A stretch of 64,000 nt of DNA, from assembly GCA_049889795.1 (NCBI GenBank), contig JBMHCS010000003.1:101149-165148 (forward strand). Reading direction: 5' to 3'. The DNA comes from Candidatus Puniceispirillaceae bacterium (GTDB taxonomy: Bacteria; Pseudomonadota; Alphaproteobacteria; Puniceispirillales; Puniceispirillaceae). The translations under genes were made by a program, and so were the position numbers. Shown piece by piece: positions 59,431-64,000 of this stretch. The notes under the pieces are model-generated. The model did not search any database. It saw only the letters and a list, made by a program, of their open reading frames with translations, and had not been told where the DNA came from. The stretch's first letter is position 1, and each line of letters opens with the position of its first letter.

Positions 59431-59547
59431 TCGATCCTCCTATGTTCATTGATGGGTTTACGAGTCTACAACCCGATAGATGGGCATAGGTTTTAGGTTT
59501 ATAATGTCTCAGTATCTTACTTCTTCATTAACTTATGGTCATTAATT

Positions 59548-60447
59548 ATGCTCTATCATCCCGGGTTTGAAGCGCTGCGCGAGGTGGCGCGTCAAGGAAG
59601 CTTCATCAAGGCGGCACGCATACTTGGCATTTCCGGACCTGCCATCAGCAAACAGATCAAGAACCTCGAAGCGCGACTCAATCTGGTATTGCTGCATCGC
59701 ACCACCCGCGCCGTCACCCTGACCGAGGCCGGCCGGCGCCTGACAGAAGTTCTGGACCGTGGCGGCAGTGAGGTGGACACCTTGCTGGAACAGCTGTCAG
59801 TCGGGCAGGACAGGCCCTTTGGGCGGTTGAAGATGAATGTGCCCATGTCCTTTGGCGAGATGTTTTTGCATAAACCAATCGCCGATTATGCGGCCGCCTA
59901 TCCGGATGTGGTTGTCGAGGTCGATTTCGATGACAAGCGCGTGCATCTCGTCGAGGAAGGTTATGATTTGGTTGTCCGGATCGGCGTGTTGGAAGATTCA
60001 GGCCTGTTTGCACGACGGGTAGGCGATTGTCCCATATATCTGTGCGCGACGCCTGATTTTGTTGCGCGGCATGGCACGCCGGAAACGCCACATGATCTGT
60101 CAGCCTTGCCGGCCATCATCTATTCAAATGCACCGGGCAGCCCAACTCTGACCTTCCGCGATGCGGACGGGCAGGACGGGACCGCGGCGCTGCGTCCACA
60201 ATTCTATGCAAACAGTGCAGGCATGATGCGTGAAGCCTGCCTGCGCGGTGTCGGTGTCGCCCTTCTGCCAGCTTTCTGCTGCGAGGATCATCTTGAATCT
60301 GGTGCATTGGTCAAGCTGCTGCCATCATTTGAAACGTCTCCTGACCGCGGAATCTATGCTGTCTATCCTGACAGACGGTTTCTGCCGCTAAAGGTGCGGG
60401 CCTTCATTGATATTCTGGAACAGAGCCTGCGCGCCGCACGGGGATAG
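59548..60447 (+). CDS. LysR-family regulator (CrgA/DmlR-like)
   Basis: VARQGSF.KAA..LG.S..AISKQI..LE.RL...LL.RTTR, G.L.MN.P.SFG, P.KVRAFID. Confidence 0.93.
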   Translation: MLYHPGFEALREVARQGSFIKAARILGISGPAISKQIKNLEARLNLVLLHRTTRAVTLTEAGRRLTEVLDRGGSEVDTLLEQLSVGQDRPFGRLKMNVPMSFGEMFLHKPIADYAAAYPDVVVEVDFDDKRVHLVEEGYDLVVRIGVLEDSGLFARRVGDCPIYLCATPDFVARHGTPETPHDLSALPAIIYSNAPGSPTLTFRDADGQDGTAALRPQFYANSAGMMREACLRGVGVALLPAFCCEDHLESGALVKLLPSFETSPDRGIYAVYPDRRFLPLKVRAFIDILEQSLRAARG

Positions 60448-60497
60448 GCGCGACAGGCGCACACACAAATCTGGCCGGGATTATCTCGAACCGTGCC

Positions 60498-60710
60498 TTA
60501 TTCGGAGTCAGCGCTGACAGTCTGGCGCATCGCCAGCCAATGGGCAGTCGTCATCGTCCCGACACCAGGTGAAGGCGCAGACCAGTTTACCGGCGGGGGT
60601 GGCATCTCAGGGGGCATATCCTGATCGGCCTCCTCATCCGGCTTGTCTGCAGCCGTATAGCGGCGACGGCGGAAATCCTGCCGCGTTTGTGTCAGGGGCT
60701 TTACGTCCAT
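60498..60710 (-). CDS. Possible small hypothetical protein
   Basis: Only sizeable ORF in the gap; Pro/acidic-rich; the nearest RBS fits a different frame, so it is doubtful. Confidence 0.3.
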   Translation of the reverse strand: MDVKPLTQTRQDFRRRRYTAADKPDEEADQDMPPEMPPPPVNWSAPSPGVGTMTTAHWLAMRQTVSADSE

Positions 60711-60924
60711 GGATATGTAACGACATGAGAGGGTCCTTTTTTATCCTGTGTGTTGAAAGATACTGCAGGTGAACATCGCCAAGCATGTTGTTTGCATGCC
60801 GGCCAAAAGGACCGCGCGGGGGCCATCTCAGGGGTCGAAACCGCTGCCAGCCTGTGCCATCATGCTGCCAACAAACACCGCGTATGACGATAAATGCGCG
60901 CAGGCATGACCGCAGGGGGCAATT

Positions 60925-61119
60925 ATGGAACGTTACAGAAAAATCTTTACGCTGGCCGTCTGGGCGGCAGCAGCCGTTTTTGGCGCCACACGGCTGGCCG
61001 GAGATAAAGCGCTCATGCTGGGGCTGATCGAGGCTTTGATGGTGCTGATTGCCGCCTTTGTTGCCTTGAAAACCATCGATTTGATTTTTCCGCCCAAAAA
61101 GGCCGATGACGATAGCTGA
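60925..61119 (+). CDS. Small two-TM membrane protein
   Basis: AGGGGG RBS; basic N-terminus, two hydrophobic helices, acidic tail. Confidence 0.7.
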   Translation: MERYRKIFTLAVWAAAAVFGATRLAGDKALMLGLIEALMVLIAAFVALKTIDLIFPPKKADDDS

Positions 61120-61120
61120 G

Positions 61121-61222
61121 AAAAAATGGGCGGACGCATCTGGCACTGAATGCCTTGCGCCCGCCCAGCAAAGGTACGGCATAAAACCGTGAATTTCGTG
61201 GAGGAGCTTCGAAATCCACAGA
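61121..61222 (-). ncRNA. Candidate small RNA with CUCCUCC anti-SD motif
   Basis: Minus strand: hairpin containing CUCCUCC, a short hairpin, then UGGGCGGGCGCA...UGCGUCCGCCCA-U6 terminator; no minus-strand CDS upstream. Confidence 0.4.
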
Positions 61223-61310
61223 CGGTATAGCTGGTTATATGCGATACCGTAAAATGCTATAAATTCGCTACAGCGCTGCATTTTTTGCAGCATCGCTTGC
61301 AGAGTCTGCC

Positions 61311-63116
61311 ATGGCCACATCATCGCCTAAAGCTGTTCGAGACGCACAATCGGGAACCGCCAATCCCATCGACAAGACAGGGAATCTGATTTTGGCGGGT
61401 GCCCCGGCCCTTGGTCCCGCAGCTGGCGACGCCCTGGATATTCTTGTCTGCAGCCAGGGGGTCAGCCTCTGGGGTGGGGTGGATCCGCAAACCGGACGCA
61501 TCATCGACGCACATCATCCCCAACATGGGGCCGATCTGGCCGGGCGCATTGTGATGATGCCAACGTCACGGGGGTCATGCAGCGGCAGCAGCGTGTTGTT
61601 GCAGCTTGCCCTGAATGGCAGGGCGCCTGCGGCGCTGGTCTTTCACCAGCACGAAGATATTCTGACGCTTGGCGCATTGGTTGCCGAGCATATCTTTGAC
61701 ACCGCAATCCCGGTATTCAGCCTGACCCAGACAGACTATCAGGCGATGACCCATGCCAGCACCGCACGCCTTGCAAGGGGTGAAATCGTTACTGACGACG
61801 CGCAGATTTCCATTGATCCCCTTCCGCTCAACCAGCTGGTGCTGACCGACCGGGATCTGCACATCCGTAACGGTGCAGAGGGGCGGGCGATGGCAATGGC
61901 CATGGATATTATCTGCCGGATCGCGGCCGTTCAGGGCGCACACAGCCTGCGTGATGTGACGCGCGGCCATATTGATGGCTGCATCCTTGCCCATCCCGCC
62001 AACCTTGTCTTTGCCGAAAAGATGGCTGCCCTTGGTGCCAAGACGTCCATTCCAACCACAACCAACGCTATTTCGGTTGATCAGTGCCACTGGCAGCAAC
62101 AGGGGATCGACAAGGATTTCGGGCATGCTGCCAGCGCACTTGCAACCCTCTATACGGACATGGGAGCAGCCCCGACATTTACCTGTGCGCCCTATCTGCT
62201 GGAGTTCCCGCCCGCCGCTGGTGAATCGATCGGCTGGTCTGAGTCAAATGCCGTCATCTACGCAAACACTGTTCTTGGCGCGCGCTCGACAAAATTGCCG
62301 GATTTTCTGGATCTGTTTGTGGCGATGACAGGACGTGCACCATTGGCGGGGGTCTATAGCGATGACGGGCGCCGGCCCGCGCGGGTCATTGATGTCAGCC
62401 TGCCGCAACAGGCGCATGATGACAGCATATGGCCGCTGGTTGGATGGTTGGTTGGCAGCCTGTCGCCCGACCGCATCCCGCTCGTGCGCGGCCTTGAAGC
62501 GGTCCGCCTTACTGATGATGATCTGAAAGGATTTTGCGCGGCTTTCGGCACAACCTCCGGCATGCCATTGCTGCATATCGCAGGGCACACACCAGAGGCC
62601 ACACTGCCACCTTTGGCCAATGCTGACATAATGCAGATTGATCAGATGGCCCTGGCACAGGCATGGCGGACATTGAATGCCGATGTGACAGAGATCGACC
62701 TTGTGGCCATCGGAAGCCCACACGCCTCTCTGACCGAACTGCAGCTGATTGCCAGTTTGATGGACGGGCGCAGATGCCATGCGCGCATCGATTTTATCGC
62801 CACCGTCGGGCGCGAGGTGATGGCTGCCGCCATGAGCGACGGCACGGCAGAGCAGCTTGCACAAGCCGGCATCAGGGTCATCCCCGATGTCTGTTGGTGT
62901 TCAATAACCGAACCGCTTTTTCCGCCTGCGGCACGCGTTCTGATGACCAATTCCGGGAAATATGCGCATTACGCCGACGGATTGTGCGGGCGCAAAGTAC
63001 GTTTTGGCAGTCTTAAGGATTGCGTCGAGGCGGCGGTCACTGGCGTGGCAAAACCGCATCCGCCACAATGGGCACAGCAGGTGACACCCGGACATCACCA
63101 CAATTACGAATCATAA
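61311..63116 (+). CDS. Aconitase X, fused swivel plus catalytic domains (LhpI / cis-3-hydroxy-L-proline dehydratase-like)
   Basis: S.WGGVDP.TG.IID.HHP, RGSCSGS, HIDGC, FTCAPY, WSESNA..YAN.VLGAR, GSPH.S..E, D.CWC, TNSGKYAHY. Confidence 0.88.
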   Translation: MATSSPKAVRDAQSGTANPIDKTGNLILAGAPALGPAAGDALDILVCSQGVSLWGGVDPQTGRIIDAHHPQHGADLAGRIVMMPTSRGSCSGSSVLLQLALNGRAPAALVFHQHEDILTLGALVAEHIFDTAIPVFSLTQTDYQAMTHASTARLARGEIVTDDAQISIDPLPLNQLVLTDRDLHIRNGAEGRAMAMAMDIICRIAAVQGAHSLRDVTRGHIDGCILAHPANLVFAEKMAALGAKTSIPTTTNAISVDQCHWQQQGIDKDFGHAASALATLYTDMGAAPTFTCAPYLLEFPPAAGESIGWSESNAVIYANTVLGARSTKLPDFLDLFVAMTGRAPLAGVYSDDGRRPARVIDVSLPQQAHDDSIWPLVGWLVGSLSPDRIPLVRGLEAVRLTDDDLKGFCAAFGTTSGMPLLHIAGHTPEATLPPLANADIMQIDQMALAQAWRTLNADVTEIDLVAIGSPHASLTELQLIASLMDGRRCHARIDFIATVGREVMAAAMSDGTAEQLAQAGIRVIPDVCWCSITEPLFPPAARVLMTNSGKYAHYADGLCGRKVRFGSLKDCVEAAVTGVAKPHPPQWAQQVTPGHHHNYES

Positions 63117-63153
63117 AACGGGCGTGCCCACCATTTGCAAGGATATCCTCACG

Positions 63154-63228
63154 GGCGGGTTGGCAAAGGCCGGGTTGGCAATAGCCGGGTTTGCAAGGGG
63201 CGGGTTGGTAATGGCCAGATTGAACGCA
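63154..63228. repeat. 15-bp-period degenerate tandem repeat, four to five units
   Basis: ggcgggttggcaaag / gccgggttggcaata / gccgggtttgcaagg / ggcgggttggtaatg / gccagattgaacgca. Confidence 0.8.
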
Positions 63229-63255
63229 GCCTTATGAAAGCGGCAGCACCGACGG

Positions 63256-63453
63256 CTATTCCGATGATTTACCGGAGGATTCCTCACCCCAGAACCGGTT
63301 GATCAAAATATGCAGCACAACGGCCGGACCCAGATAGATGGCACCAAAGATGATCTGGTTGGCCAACCCCTCAAGACTGCTCTGGGCCTTTGCTGCCAGA
63401 AATACCGAAGTGGCATAGGTCAGCATAATGACAAGGCGTCGCTTACTTTTCAT
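63256..63453 (-). CDS. Small two-TM membrane protein
   Basis: AAGGA RBS; basic N-terminus, two hydrophobic helices, polar tail. Confidence 0.7.
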   Translation of the reverse strand: MKSKRRLVIMLTYATSVFLAAKAQSSLEGLANQIIFGAIYLGPAVVLHILINRFWGEESSGKSSE

Positions 63454-63760
63454 TTGTTATTCCTTCTCGTCATAAGCAGCCCTCTTCCATGCGCAGGGCA
63501 ACCGCCACATGCAGATCCAGGTGACGCATGAGGCTCATGGTAAAAGCCTGCCGGCAAATTCCCAAGCCCTTTCCGATGGTCTCCCCTTTCCCATATCTGC
63601 CAGCCTTATGCATTGGGCCTTTTGCACCCTTACCGCATGCTGCATTTTTTGCAGGGGGCGGATGTATTTTTAGCGCTGTGGCGCATCATGACGCCATGCC
63701 AACTTTCATCCTGCGCTGATGTCCGTTGCGGACCTTGAACGGCAGGGAAGGATGAAAATC

Positions 63761-64000
63761 ATGGCCATCATTTTTATGACAGACCTTGATGGCACCTTGC
63801 TTGGCCATGATGATTTCAGCTGTGGCGCCATCCGCGACGAGCTGCTTGGTCTGATCAGGCAGGACATCAAAGTCGTCTTGAATTCCAGCAAGACAAAGGC
63901 GGAAATAGAGCTGTTTTGCCAGTCATTGGGCGTCAGGCTGCCTTTTATTTGCGAAAATGGTGCTGCCTTTTTCAATAGCGAGATTCTGGGGCTTTCAGGG
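63761..64000 (+). CDS. HAD-IIB phosphatase, mannosyl/glucosyl-3-phosphoglycerate phosphatase-like (partial)
   Basis: Not in ORF track. MAIIFMTDLDGTLLGHDDFS...VVLNSSKTKAEI...PFICENGAA runs off the window end. Confidence 0.85.
   Translation, partial: MAIIFMTDLDGTLLGHDDFSCGAIRDELLGLIRQDIKVVLNSSKTKAEIELFCQSLGVRLPFICENGAAFFNSEILGLSG

Noticed and set aside
1-64000. Mobile elements, prophage, tRNA/rRNA or anti-phage defence genes
   Set aside because: I recognised no transposase, integrase, phage, nuclease or structural RNA signatures.

Overview
Gene-dense, roughly 55-60% GC chromosomal segment of a marine alphaproteobacterium. The proteorhodopsin-crtE-crtI-crtB-crtY-blh-idi operon and the Roseobacter-like sulfonate genes suggest a SAR116/Puniceispirillales-type organism (inference). 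Main modules, left to right: (1) ligAB-type extradiol dioxygenase with LysR, next to an iodotyrosine-deiodinase-like flavoprotein; (2) a TctABC transporter divergent from an oxalate-CoA-ligase-like and a PanE2/oxalyl-CoA-reductase-like gene; (3) gloAB; (4) a complete green proteorhodopsin and retinal biosynthesis operon with a strongly structured 5' leader; (5) pccAB; (6) a photolyase split into two genes in inverted domain order; (7) a DHPS operon (comDE-hpsO-hpsP) whose hpsN is reduced to a C-terminal scar fused to a terC 5' fragment; (8) an atypical MauG/CcP di-heme enzyme with a Sel1 protein and an unannotated 55-aa ORF; (9) a sulfoquinovose monooxygenase (sulfo-SMO) locus with a TRAP transporter, GH188-like sulfoquinovosidase and an inserted PhyH/AraC pair; (10) ibpA with RpoH promoter and ROSE-like thermometer; (11) two orphan sRNA candidates, an unannotated 48-aa CDGSH-like microprotein and aconitase X. 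I recognised no rRNA, tRNA, CRISPR, integrase or IS element. All assignments come from motif recognition by eye, not from database searches.
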